Source: a virus
Lineage: Duplodnaviria; Caudoviricetes
IMG/VR virus record: IMGVR_UViG_3300031841_002004
Location: 1 to 56,383 of that record
Length of the DNA: 56,383 nucleotides
Strand: one strand, 5' to 3'
Of the stretch, positions 29,231 to 37,473 are shown one piece after another; within the stretch, counting starts at the first letter, position 1, and the number at the start of each line of letters is the position of its first letter. Below the pieces are notes generated by a model. That model saw nothing but the letters and a program-made list of their open reading frames with translations. It ran no database searches and was not told where the DNA came from. The position numbers and the translations under genes are program-made.

Positions 29231-30340
29231 TTAAGCTAAAGCAGAAAGTTTGAAAAAATTTCTGGCCGACTTGAATTTCAAGTTGCCAAGCATTGAAACT
29301 ACATAACGATACTGCTGCGTAATTTCATCGTAGAAAGGCCCTTCGCTATTTAGAAGCTGGCCTTCCATGCACAACAGTTCCATGTTGCCCATTGCAAGTC
29401 CGTAACCAGTGTTAGCTGGAACAGAATTTTCTGAGCTTATTTCCACACCATCAAGCTCGAATACGTCTGTGAAGCCGTAGCTACGAAGACCATTCTGCTT
29501 GCTTACGATAACTCGCTCTTTAGCATCAAGAGTGTTAAGGAAGTCAATGAAGAGTCGTCGGTCAAGCAAGACCATATCGACCTGATCCTCAAGCGTATCG
29601 TTTCTGCGAGTTTGATGAATCGCTTCACGAACAGCCTTAACGCAGTTAGCTTCCCAAGTTGTTCCACCAAAGTAACTACTGGTGTAGTTAACAATTGTTG
29701 GAGAGTTGAAGTCAAACTCAGGATCAGCTTCGCCGTTAGGCCAAACACCTGTCTTCTGACTTCCGCCATAAGCACCAAGCGTGGTTGAAAGACCAGCATA
29801 GGTATCACTTGGATAAGCGAATGGATCAGCAGCATTAGCTGTACGCTGTGCGCCAGTGCTAATGTTGATAGTTCCGTTCGTTCCCATGAAAGACTCGATG
29901 CCGTGGAAACGAAGTTCGTTACCAGAAGCATAACCATCAACAACCCATTCCTTGGCAAGGTACTGTTCCATGCTCGTCAAAAGACGATTTGACATTTTTC
30001 CAGCAACATTTACCAAGGCCTGAGCGCCACGGTTCTCAAGCATTTCTTTTTTGTAGATTGCGTCCGTGACTTGTGCGCCACGATACTCAAGCTCTGCGTT
30101 CTTCCAGAGATTCTGTCGAGCGAAGACCCGAGCTGTCTCTCCATTGTTACCTGTTGGAGTATGGTTTCTGTATTGGAGTTCCCAATCAAAACCTCGTCCA
30201 GACATATTAGTTCGTACATTGCCGCTACCTTCGAGAGCAGCAAAGACTTTGTACTTCCGAAGAGATGCAATCTCTTCTTCTTTCAGGTGATTGACGATTG
30301 TTGTCGCAATCGACCTGGCCCAATCAGTGGCACTCGCCAT
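29231..30340 (-). CDS. Major capsid protein
   Basis: 369 aa, between scaffold and decoration genes; size and pattern fit an HK97 fold (GFTDVFELDGVEI, GNLKFKSAR). Confidence 0.8.
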   Translation of the reverse strand: MASATDWARSIATTIVNHLKEEEIASLRKYKVFAALEGSGNVRTNMSGRGFDWELQYRNHTPTGNNGETARVFARQNLWKNAELEYRGAQVTDAIYKKEMLENRGAQALVNVAGKMSNRLLTSMEQYLAKEWVVDGYASGNELRFHGIESFMGTNGTINISTGAQRTANAADPFAYPSDTYAGLSTTLGAYGGSQKTGVWPNGEADPEFDFNSPTIVNYTSSYFGGTTWEANCVKAVREAIHQTRRNDTLEDQVDMVLLDRRLFIDFLNTLDAKERVIVSKQNGLRSYGFTDVFELDGVEISSENSVPANTGYGLAMGNMELLCMEGQLLNSEGPFYDEITQQYRYVVSMLGNLKFKSARNFFKLSALA

Positions 30341-30341
30341 T

Positions 30342-31388
30342 TTAGATTACTCCATCTTTAGTAAGTTGGCTTTGCAGCCGTTCCTCGAAACTTAACCGCT
30401 TGCCCTGCTGGGTTTGCGGTTCCGTAGTACCCGCACTCCTGTTAGGAGTTCGAGTTGCTCGTTCCCGAAGGAACTGCATGTTTTGTTGTGCTACAGGATC
30501 AGGTTGAGCCTGCGGCGAGGGGGTTGGTGAAGGCTGATGCTGCATAACCTGCGGTTGTGGTGCAGGTTGTCGTTGAGCTTGCTCGTAACTGCTTTGAAGC
30601 AAATCTCTTTGCAGCATTCCAGTTGCATACTGCCACCTAGCAGTAGGGCCATTGATGCCTAGCTGTTTTGCTTCAGCAATGTACTGCTGAATAGCATGCC
30701 CTTCACGAGTTACATTACCCTGCTGGTCGTACAACCAATCAGCATTCTGTGCTTCTAAATCATTAATGTAATTCTTTGCTTGGTACTGACCGAGTTGACC
30801 AGCTACCATCTCTTGCGCTTTTTGTGTTGCGACTTGCTCCACGAAAGGCTTGAGAGCATTCTCAGGATCAGTGACCAAGCGGCGAGCGAAATCGGCGGTG
30901 TAGGTCTGATAGTCCCGTAACGCCTGCTGCGCCTCAAACGGCGCTGACGGGTCGATGACCTCTTTGCCGCTTTCAGGGTCTCGGACGATGTATGACTTCC
31001 AAGTGTCTTTAACTTCCGGCGGATTCCACCACTTAGGAGGTGGATCAGGTTGCGAAGCTTTAGCGGCTTCTTCAGCCTTGCTTTTTTGCCACTCAGTAAA
31101 AGCCTGCTTGTTCTGAAGATACTCTTGAGCATATGGCACAACCTGCTGGTACTGTTGCAACTGACGTTGCGACTCTTGGAAACCGTTGTATGCGCCATAC
31201 AGATTGCGAGCGATTGTCAGGTCGTCTTGACCTTCAAATTCGGGTAAAGCACTAAACGCTTGATAAGGACTTTGGAATCCTTGGTTTTGCTCTACTGTTT
31301 GTTCAGGTGCAGATGCCTCTGGCGCAACAGCTTCGGGGGCTTGCGTTTCTTCTGCGACAGGTACATCTGCTAATGATTCTTCGGACAT
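30342..31388 (-). CDS. Capsid scaffolding protein
   Basis: Acidic N-terminus, Q-rich helical body and short C-terminal helix (SFEERL); directly upstream of the major capsid gene. Confidence 0.7.
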   Translation of the reverse strand: MSEESLADVPVAEETQAPEAVAPEASAPEQTVEQNQGFQSPYQAFSALPEFEGQDDLTIARNLYGAYNGFQESQRQLQQYQQVVPYAQEYLQNKQAFTEWQKSKAEEAAKASQPDPPPKWWNPPEVKDTWKSYIVRDPESGKEVIDPSAPFEAQQALRDYQTYTADFARRLVTDPENALKPFVEQVATQKAQEMVAGQLGQYQAKNYINDLEAQNADWLYDQQGNVTREGHAIQQYIAEAKQLGINGPTARWQYATGMLQRDLLQSSYEQAQRQPAPQPQVMQHQPSPTPSPQAQPDPVAQQNMQFLRERATRTPNRSAGTTEPQTQQGKRLSFEERLQSQLTKDGVI

Positions 31389-31433
31389 AATTAACCTCTG
31401 TTGGGGCTATCGGGAAATAGGGCCTCTACAGGG

Positions 31434-31442
31434 TCACTGTCC
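31434..31442 (-). promoter_or_regulatory. Putative late-promoter core GGACAGTGA
   Basis: Intergenic, upstream of the scaffold/capsid genes. Confidence 0.5.
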
Positions 31443-31467
31443 TTTTATGCTGTTTTTGTTACCGAAT

Positions 31468-31746
31468 TCAGCATTTCCACTTGCGTAGCGACTTGTTTAT
31501 CCGCGAGTTCGGATCATTAGCAGTCTTTTTGCTGGTAAGTTTCTTTTTCATCCCACCCATCCTGGCACAGAATGATTTCTTTCGACTGCCCCCTTCGGGC
31601 TGTGGAGCCTTGAGGTTTCCGCCCGTAGAACGGTTATAAGAAGCACGGCCCTTTGCATTTAATCCGCCGGAAGGACTTTTGCCTTCCTTGCGAGTCCATG
31701 CCGCTGTTTTTGCTTTGCGTACTCGGTCGCCTGCCTTGTCTCTCAT
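31468..31746 (-). CDS. Small basic phage protein (DUF6321-like)
   Basis: AWTRKEGK..SGGLN.KGR...RKKSFCARM...PNSRINKSLRKWKC signature. Confidence 0.75.
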   Translation of the reverse strand: MRDKAGDRVRKAKTAAWTRKEGKSPSGGLNAKGRASYNRSTGGNLKAPQPEGGSRKKSFCARMGGMKKKLTSKKTANDPNSRINKSLRKWKC

Positions 31747-31901
31747 GATGACCTCTTAGTCTTCTCCCAACTCTTGGCATCTGGATAATCTTTATCACCT
31801 GGCTTTGCAGGAGATTCACCACGCTTACGCTTGGCATGAATGTTTGCCCATAAACCGGGACGCTTTGCTTTGCGTACTCTATCTCCAGCTTTGTCTCTCA
31901 T
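31743..31901 (-). CDS. Small basic protein, 52 aa (MRDKAGDRVRKAKRPGLWANIHAKRKRGE...), not in the ORF track
   Basis: Translated by hand; GLWANIHAKRKR motif seen in small phage proteins; ATGA overlap with the next gene. Confidence 0.75.
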   Translation of the reverse strand: MRDKAGDRVRKAKRPGLWANIHAKRKRGESPAKPGDKDYPDAKSWEKTKRSS

Positions 31902-31903
31902 GT

Positions 31904-32251
31904 CTAGTACCTTATTCCTCGTCGCTGAAGCTCTTGCCTTCCTTGAAGAGTTTGACTCATCCTGTGAATATATTCTCGCATTGCATCTTGGTTTTGATTT
32001 TGCTGCATTTGATTTGCAGCCTGTTTTTGCATTTGCTGGTTATGAACCTGCTGGTTTTGCATTGCTTGCTGTTGAGCAGCAGCTTGCCGCTTCTGTATGT
32101 TGATCAAGATTGGGTCTTGCGTTCCATACATTTGATGGTTTTGTTGGAACTGCTGTAACCGCTTTCGCTCTTCCGCTGCCCTCTTAGCCATTGCTGCACG
32201 ACGCTCCTGCGGAGTCAGCCCATTAAAACCATCACCAAACATTCCAGGCAT
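31904..32251 (-). CDS. Q-rich hypothetical protein
   Basis: GAGGT RBS; part of the operon. Confidence 0.6.
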   Translation of the reverse strand: MPGMFGDGFNGLTPQERRAAMAKRAAEERKRLQQFQQNHQMYGTQDPILINIQKRQAAAQQQAMQNQQVHNQQMQKQAANQMQQNQNQDAMREYIHRMSQTLQGRQELQRRGIRY

Positions 32252-32253
32252 TG

Positions 32254-32802
32254 CTACACCTCTGTCCTTTCCAGTTTCATTCGTTTTAATTCTTCACGAA
32301 GTTTCCAAGCGTTGTCTGTTTCACGACTGTTCAGAGAACCGTTTTCTATGTAATCACGCAACTCTTCCTCTGATATTTTGTCTTCTAGCTCGTAGTAGTA
32401 TTCCCAAGGCTTCCACCGAAGGTGAGTGCTATTAATCTCGGTGACTAAGATGCCTTTCCTGTTCGTGTATTGATACTTACACCAATACCATTCTTCCAAC
32501 GCTACAGCATCTTCAATGACTTTGAAGTCTTGGCGGAAGCCAGTGCCAGCCCATATGCGCCACTCACCAATTCTTTTAAGTAGAGGCAATGCCTTCTCAA
32601 AACTGACCGGATGGAAGTGGTTGAGATAACTCATGTGTAGAGTCATCACACGAAAACCTACTTGCTCTGGAATGATGATTACCACTAACGAGCATAGAAC
32701 AAACAGTAAGAAGACCTGATAGAAGAGGGTGCGGATGACCGCTTTAAGGCAAGGCCAAAAACACTTACGTGCCATAACCTTGCATCGGTTTCGCTGGTAC
32801 AC
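32254..32802 (-). CDS. Putative membrane protein
   Basis: One hydrophobic segment (FLLFVLCSLVVIII); true start probably the second Met. Confidence 0.55.
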   Translation of the reverse strand: MYQRNRCKVMARKCFWPCLKAVIRTLFYQVFLLFVLCSLVVIIIPEQVGFRVMTLHMSYLNHFHPVSFEKALPLLKRIGEWRIWAGTGFRQDFKVIEDAVALEEWYWCKYQYTNRKGILVTEINSTHLRWKPWEYYYELEDKISEEELRDYIENGSLNSRETDNAWKLREELKRMKLERTEV

Positions 32803-33037
32803 CTGGACGAGGCAGTGGTTCTTGTTTGCTGCCTTGCGGAGCCGTAGAGTACGGAATGGATGGATCAGGAGGTGCGACTTCTTGCTCTACTTCCTCTTTT
32901 TCTGGAAGTGGTTGACCGCAAGTTTCACAGTACAAAGTGCCGGGGTCTTTAGGATCATAAACCGCTTGAGGCTTTTGGCCCGTTAGCGGCTTTGTCATGT
33001 CGTACTGGTCTGTAAATCTATCTACTCTGTCTGCCAT
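32765..33037 (-). CDS. Small Pro-rich protein with a CxxC motif
   Basis: ORF overlapping its neighbours within the operon. Confidence 0.5.
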   Translation of the reverse strand: MADRVDRFTDQYDMTKPLTGQKPQAVYDPKDPGTLYCETCGQPLPEKEEVEQEVAPPDPSIPYSTAPQGSKQEPLPRPGVPAKPMQGYGT

Positions 33038-33440
33038 ATCTTTGCCTCATTTGTCTCGCGAATTCGTTATCAAAGAAATGTTGCTCTTCCCGTCTTTTCA
33101 TTTCCTGGTTATATCTGTTCTCTTGAGCTATTTGTTCTGCTTCCGCTGATTCACGGTCTGCCTGAAATCTTTGTTTCGCCTGTTTAAAGGCATCCTGACC
33201 GAAATTGTTTACGAAGTTTACTCCTGCCCTATCAATCTGATTCTGCGGTGCATTAGCAGCAATCAATTGTCTAATTTGATTTTCCCTTGCCTGTCGAAGT
33301 TCTGGACGAGGACTTTGGTTCTCTTCTCTAGCCTGTCGTTTACCTATGCCTATTTGACGCAGAAATTCCCTTTTCGCCTCTCGATTCCCGTACATGGAAG
33401 GCGGGAAATCAATTTTTTCGTAACTTCCATCGTAAGGCAT
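33018..33440 (-). CDS. Hypothetical protein
   Basis: Tightly packed ORF. Confidence 0.55.
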   Translation of the reverse strand: MPYDGSYEKIDFPPSMYGNREAKREFLRQIGIGKRQAREENQSPRPELRQARENQIRQLIAANAPQNQIDRAGVNFVNNFGQDAFKQAKQRFQADRESAEAEQIAQENRYNQEMKRREEQHFFDNEFARQMRQRYGRQSR

Positions 33441-33442
33441 TA

Positions 33443-33823
33443 CTAAGTCCTTGGGTCGTATTGAATTTTGAAAGCGGCATTCCTTGCACCGCTTGGATGA
33501 TTAAACACGGGAACCTTCTTTGCTCGACGACCATTCTGCATCACAACTTCGCCAGGAAGCTGGTCAAAAGGATGCATGCTCTCCCGCCGTTCTTGCTGTC
33601 TTGCATTTATCTGCATCTCCGCAAGACGTTCCTTTAAATTTCTGTCTGCTTGCTCGCTTGCCATCGCTTGGTTGTACCGCCTTTGCCGAGCGACTGCTTC
33701 CGCATTCTTCCGGGCATTTGCAAGACGGATTGCGTTATCCTTGGCAACCATGTCTCTGCCTTGCTGAAGAAATTTTTCGCCAGCAGTCATGGCTTGCATC
33801 ATGTGGTACTGTTGTAAATTCAT
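33443..33823 (-). CDS. Hypothetical protein
   Basis: AGGAG RBS upstream. Confidence 0.6.
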   Translation of the reverse strand: MNLQQYHMMQAMTAGEKFLQQGRDMVAKDNAIRLANARKNAEAVARQRRYNQAMASEQADRNLKERLAEMQINARQQERRESMHPFDQLPGEVVMQNGRRAKKVPVFNHPSGARNAAFKIQYDPRT

Positions 33824-33834
33824 AAAGCTCTCCT

Positions 33835-34272
33835 CTATTTACTACTGTTCCTCTTTGCTCGTTTTATAGCCATTTTTACTATCGCTTTCCCCGCCATGTC
33901 TATAAATGGCAACTTCCTTTTATTTGCCTCCTCTCTCAACCAGCCCACAATGGTGTCAATGTTTTCCTCGCACCACTCTACCCCACGAACATTCATCATG
34001 ATGGCACGTTTATTACAAGTGCAATTCGGAGTGGCAACAATGCCGACCTTGGCTAGCAATTTCTTCAACTCTGTGCCAGCACCGGGAGTTTCTTTTTCAT
34101 GAGGAAAATTTTCGTGATTTGCGTCCACAGTAATCTTGCCGTCATCGTGCGTCTTAACAATACACGGTCTGACTTCATCTAACGTGTAACCGCGAATGAC
34201 CGCTGTTGTTGCAAGTTGATTCATGCTCCACTTGACATACACAGGGCCTGTCCATTTTTTTGCTTTTTGCAT
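33835..34272 (-). CDS. Hypothetical protein with a CxC...MN..G.EWC motif
   Basis: Conserved-looking GTELKKLL...CTCNKRA.MMN.RG.EWC...IVGWL segment. Confidence 0.65.
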   Translation of the reverse strand: MQKAKKWTGPVYVKWSMNQLATTAVIRGYTLDEVRPCIVKTHDDGKITVDANHENFPHEKETPGAGTELKKLLAKVGIVATPNCTCNKRAIMMNVRGVEWCEENIDTIVGWLREEANKRKLPFIDMAGKAIVKMAIKRAKRNSSK

Positions 34273-34280
34273 TTTTATAC

Positions 34281-34829
34281 CTACGGATCAACACAGTCAC
34301 TGTTGGGCGTAACCCCATCGTCCCAATCACAAAAGTAACTTTGAACACAGTCGAGCTGAACTCTCTCGTTGACTGCTGTCCCTGCACCACCAGGTGTGGG
34401 ACAAGTGCAGGTCAGCCGGACGACAAAACCACCACCATGAGCCAATATGCTCCCATGATTACTATCGCAACTATTGCCATTTTCATCTGTACTCCAAGCA
34501 GCACCATCCCAAATGGCAAAGCAGCAGCCACATTCACCGGCAGTAGAAACGCATATACCTGCAATAATTTCGCCGTCGTAATCACCCGCACGGGCGGCAA
34601 TCAAACAGGAACAAATCGGCCCATTTGCAGAAACAAGATGCTCTACAAAACCTGAACCTTGAGGTACTGGGACAACAGGGCCGCCACACACTCTGCCTGT
34701 TTCTTCATCCGCAACTTCGACCCAACCAGCAAAATCTTCTCCATGTTCATCCACGCCCTCTTCCCATCTCTTTGAACAAGGGCCACACGTAGGACAAGGG
34801 TCTGCATTGTCGCAACACGGACAGGTCAT
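34281..34829 (-). CDS. Cysteine-rich protein (19 Cys in 182 aa)
   Basis: First gene of the late operon; GGAG RBS. Confidence 0.65.
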   Translation of the reverse strand: MTCPCCDNADPCPTCGPCSKRWEEGVDEHGEDFAGWVEVADEETGRVCGGPVVPVPQGSGFVEHLVSANGPICSCLIAARAGDYDGEIIAGICVSTAGECGCCFAIWDGAAWSTDENGNSCDSNHGSILAHGGGFVVRLTCTCPTPGGAGTAVNERVQLDCVQSYFCDWDDGVTPNSDCVDP

Positions 34830-34859
34830 AGAACACTCCGAAAGACAGGGGACTAAAGA

Positions 34860-34868
34860 CTAATGTCC
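34860..34868 (-). promoter_or_regulatory. Putative late-promoter core GGACATTAG heading the structural operon
   Basis: About 30 bp upstream of the first late gene. Confidence 0.55.
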
Positions 34869-35288
34869 TGCAAGTTGAAACCAGCCTGAAACTAGGGGGG
34901 ACAAAAAATCCAAGAGCGGATATGACATAACCATCGGCGAGCCGCCGGGGGGGCAAGGCCCCTCCGTGCAATAGGCGAGCATCCGATGCCCAGGGCTTGG
35001 CGGTTGGCATGGCTGGCGGCCTACCGTTTGACGTTTTCCGGGGTATTTTCGGCGGTGTGGTTTTGGCTGTCTTCCGCTGGTGCGCGCGTCACAGGCTATC
35101 CTCGCGCCCCGTGGCTATGGTTGCGGGGTTTCTGCGGTGCTTTTGTTCGGTCTACTGTTTAGAATTGGGGCCAAACCTTCCCGGCATGCTGTTCCCTAGG
35201 TGTTTTCGTCCGGTGATATGGTTATGCATGTCCCCCCCTCATCACTCGGGTTCCCTCTTGGACAGTTGGTGTGTTGAGACTAGGTACG

Positions 35289-35321
35289 AAAAAGGCCCGC
35301 AAGCGGTGAAGCCTGCGGGCC
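35289..35321 (-). terminator. Rho-independent terminator after the 398-aa orphan gene
   Basis: GGCCCGCA...UGCGGGCC stem followed by UUUUU on the minus strand. Confidence 0.75.
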
Positions 35322-35372
35322 AAATTGCTCTGAGCTTTTTTTTGCGTTTTTGAAAACTGGGTGTGATTTTCC

Positions 35373-36569
35373 CTAGTTTTCTTGACTGCTTGCCAGTTCA
35401 CTCCGTGCATACTCTAGGAAGTTGCGTCCCTTCTTCCCGATTGGCTGCCCAAGTCTTTGCTCAGTGTCTGTACCTTCCAGAGCGTTTAACAGTTGAGCCC
35501 GTGTTGGTTTTCCTTTCTTCTCGTATTCGTGGGCGGGTGTTTTGTGCCACGTTTGTGAGTCCTTGTCGTAGGTGTACATGTTTGCCACGCTGTCCCCATT
35601 CTCCGGGTAGATTGCTGGGGCGTTTTTCTCCTTTGTTCCCGTTTTGCTGTTGGGTGTTTCTTGGTTCCTTGTTAGTGGTAGTCTCCTCTTTAGGATATCA
35701 CGGTTTGCAGTGGTTCCGGTTCTGGGGTTCCTTATTGCATACTCTTTGCCATGGTCTATCACTCGGGCGGGTTCCCTGTGGTAGGTTCCGTCCTCATAGA
35801 ATCGCACACTCGGTGCTTCTCTGGTTTTCGTAAGGTCGAAAAGTTCTCTATCACTGGCGGGCAATTTGCTGAACGTCTTTTCCTTCTCTGCTCCCGTCAT
35901 TAGGTAGTGAGGCGTGATAAGTTCCTTTTGCTTCCTTGGTGGTTTTGCGGGGCGGTTCCTATCGGCAACTGTTCCCGGTGTTCTCATCTTGGTGTGACCT
36001 TGAACGGGTGCGAAGGTTTGGTTTCCTTCGTGCCATTCTTCAACCGCTGCCACTATTCGCGAGGGGTTGAGACTCCGCGCCGATTCACTACAGCCACTGT
36101 ACGGGCTATCGTCGGCCCGTGTCCAGTCGCTTAGTGTTTCGGTGTTCTCGTCTTCTCTTCTCAACTCATACCGAATATTCCAGCGGGCTACCCTCGCCCA
36201 AGCACAGCACATGCGCGCGGTGTATAGTGCGGGGTCTTCGATTGGTTCCGGTATGGTGTAGATAGATAAGGCCCAACAGACCAAAAGGTCTTGTATAAGT
36301 TCGGCCTGCTCTTCTTCTCCTTTCGGGGTCTCGCTATATGTCGAGCAATGGTATTTGATATAGTTCCTTATCACCTCCTCTATCCGTTGCGCGTCTTCAT
36401 TGTCTGCACGCGCTGCGATATATGAGAAAGCACCCTCTTCCCATGTTTCTACGCTGGGTTCCTTTCGTGCTTCTTCTATCCACCTGACCGTATCTCCGTT
36501 TTCTTGGTTTCTGTAACCTTGCTCTAGTTCGTCGGTATCGGTGCGCGCGGTATCGTTTTGGGTTCTCAT
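35373..36569 (-). CDS. Orphan protein, 398 aa, with a possible ECF-sigma region-2-like N-terminal part
   Basis: Long ORF with its own promoter, AAGGA RBS and terminator; AELIQD...IEDPALY resembles sigma region 2 weakly. Confidence 0.55.
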   Translation of the reverse strand: MRTQNDTARTDTDELEQGYRNQENGDTVRWIEEARKEPSVETWEEGAFSYIAARADNEDAQRIEEVIRNYIKYHCSTYSETPKGEEEQAELIQDLLVCWALSIYTIPEPIEDPALYTARMCCAWARVARWNIRYELRREDENTETLSDWTRADDSPYSGCSESARSLNPSRIVAAVEEWHEGNQTFAPVQGHTKMRTPGTVADRNRPAKPPRKQKELITPHYLMTGAEKEKTFSKLPASDRELFDLTKTREAPSVRFYEDGTYHREPARVIDHGKEYAIRNPRTGTTANRDILKRRLPLTRNQETPNSKTGTKEKNAPAIYPENGDSVANMYTYDKDSQTWHKTPAHEYEKKGKPTRAQLLNALEGTDTEQRLGQPIGKKGRNFLEYARSELASSQEN

Positions 36570-36629
36570 AATTAAGATTCCTTATTTAAGGGTAGTGTTT
36601 AGCCGGTGCAATGTTGCTCCGGTGTTGTG

Positions 36630-36657
36630 ATTGTATTCGGCGCGCGTGCTGTGTCAA
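36630..36657 (-). promoter_or_regulatory. sigma70-type promoter TTGACA-N16-TACAAT for the 398-aa gene
   Basis: Near-consensus -35 and -10 elements read on the minus strand. Confidence 0.7.
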
Positions 36658-36671
36658 GTTCAGTCTATGTC

Positions 36672-36964
36672 AAAATATTTTTTCCAATTTTTTATTGGTA
36701 CGTCAACGGTCTATAGATTGTCAACACGACGACTAACACAACACAACACGACACGACACGTTTTTTCGTTTCGTGTCTTTGTTTTTGTTGTGATTTTGAA
36801 AAATTGGTCATTAGCCTGGTTGCTACAACATGTGCAATCAGTCATTCGCAAAATTTTTGTGAATCGCCTGGATGCCTGGTGCTATGCAATCAACTAGTGA
36901 AAACAAATTTTTTCAATTTTTTATTGGTACGTCAACGGTACATAGATAGTCACAACCGACTAAC
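36672..36964. repeat. Two ~60-bp direct repeats with an identical 26-bp core (36685-36710 and 36914-36939)
   Basis: caattttttattggtacgtcaacggt occurs twice, 229 bp apart; each copy is followed by atagat.gtca...cgactaac. Confidence 0.9.
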
Positions 36965-36999
36965 TATAACACTCAGTCAAAAACATGAAGGAGTGTCAC

Positions 37000-37173
37000 A
37001 TGTTGCATGACCTACAAGATAGGTTCGCGCAAATCGAAAGGCTTTGGGAGCATCTCCTATCAAAAGATAAGAGAAGTTTTTCAGAGTTCTATCTGGAGGA
37101 GTACGGAGTAGTACTCCCAGAAGATGTTTCCCCAGAGGATTTATCCGATGGCAAACAAGCGTTTCACGACTGA
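37000..37173 (+). CDS. Small early hypothetical protein
   Basis: AAGGAG RBS; first gene of the plus-strand block. Confidence 0.55.
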   Translation: MLHDLQDRFAQIERLWEHLLSKDKRSFSEFYLEEYGVVLPEDVSPEDLSDGKQAFHD

Positions 37174-37336
37174 AGAGATTCAGGAAGCAGACTGGGACGG
37201 TGTCGGCTTCTGTATTTCTTGCGGTGAGCAGTCTGGCCCAGTTGAACCTGATGCCAGGCGGTACGCCTGCGAGGAGTGCGGAGAGAAAACCGTTTACGGT
37301 GCTTCTGAAATTCTCTTCATGGGATTGGTGGACTAA
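37148..37336 (+). CDS. Small zinc-ribbon protein
   Basis: GFCISCG...VEPDAR.Y.CEECGE..VYG motif. Confidence 0.7.
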   Translation: MANKRFTTEEIQEADWDGVGFCISCGEQSGPVEPDARRYACEECGEKTVYGASEILFMGLVD

Positions 37337-37348
37337 CAGTTCCCGATA

Positions 37349-37433
37349 ACGCTCACTAGGCAGGATGGGATGCCCTCATCTGAGCCTATGGCCAGGGCCA
37401 GCACACTGGTGGCATGTACGGCCTAGTGGGCGT
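37349..37433 (+). ncRNA. Candidate structured RNA element upstream of the gp88-like gene
   Basis: 13-bp closing stem acgctcactaggc/gcctagtgggcgt enclosing two small hairpins. Confidence 0.4.
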
Positions 37434-37473
37434 AATCCGGCATTGTTCCGGTTCCCCTAACAAAGGAGGTAGC

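Noticed and set aside
1047-34655. Numerous short plus-strand ORFs within the late region
   Set aside because: Antisense shadows of long, tightly coupled minus-strand genes.
34997-35833. Plus-strand ORFs 34997-35353 and 35363-35833
   Set aside because: No RBS, composition reflects the G/T skew, and the second is antisense to the better-supported 398-aa gene.
36672-36964. Direct repeats considered as a mini-CRISPR array
   Set aside because: Only two copies, separated by about 200 bp, and no cas genes.
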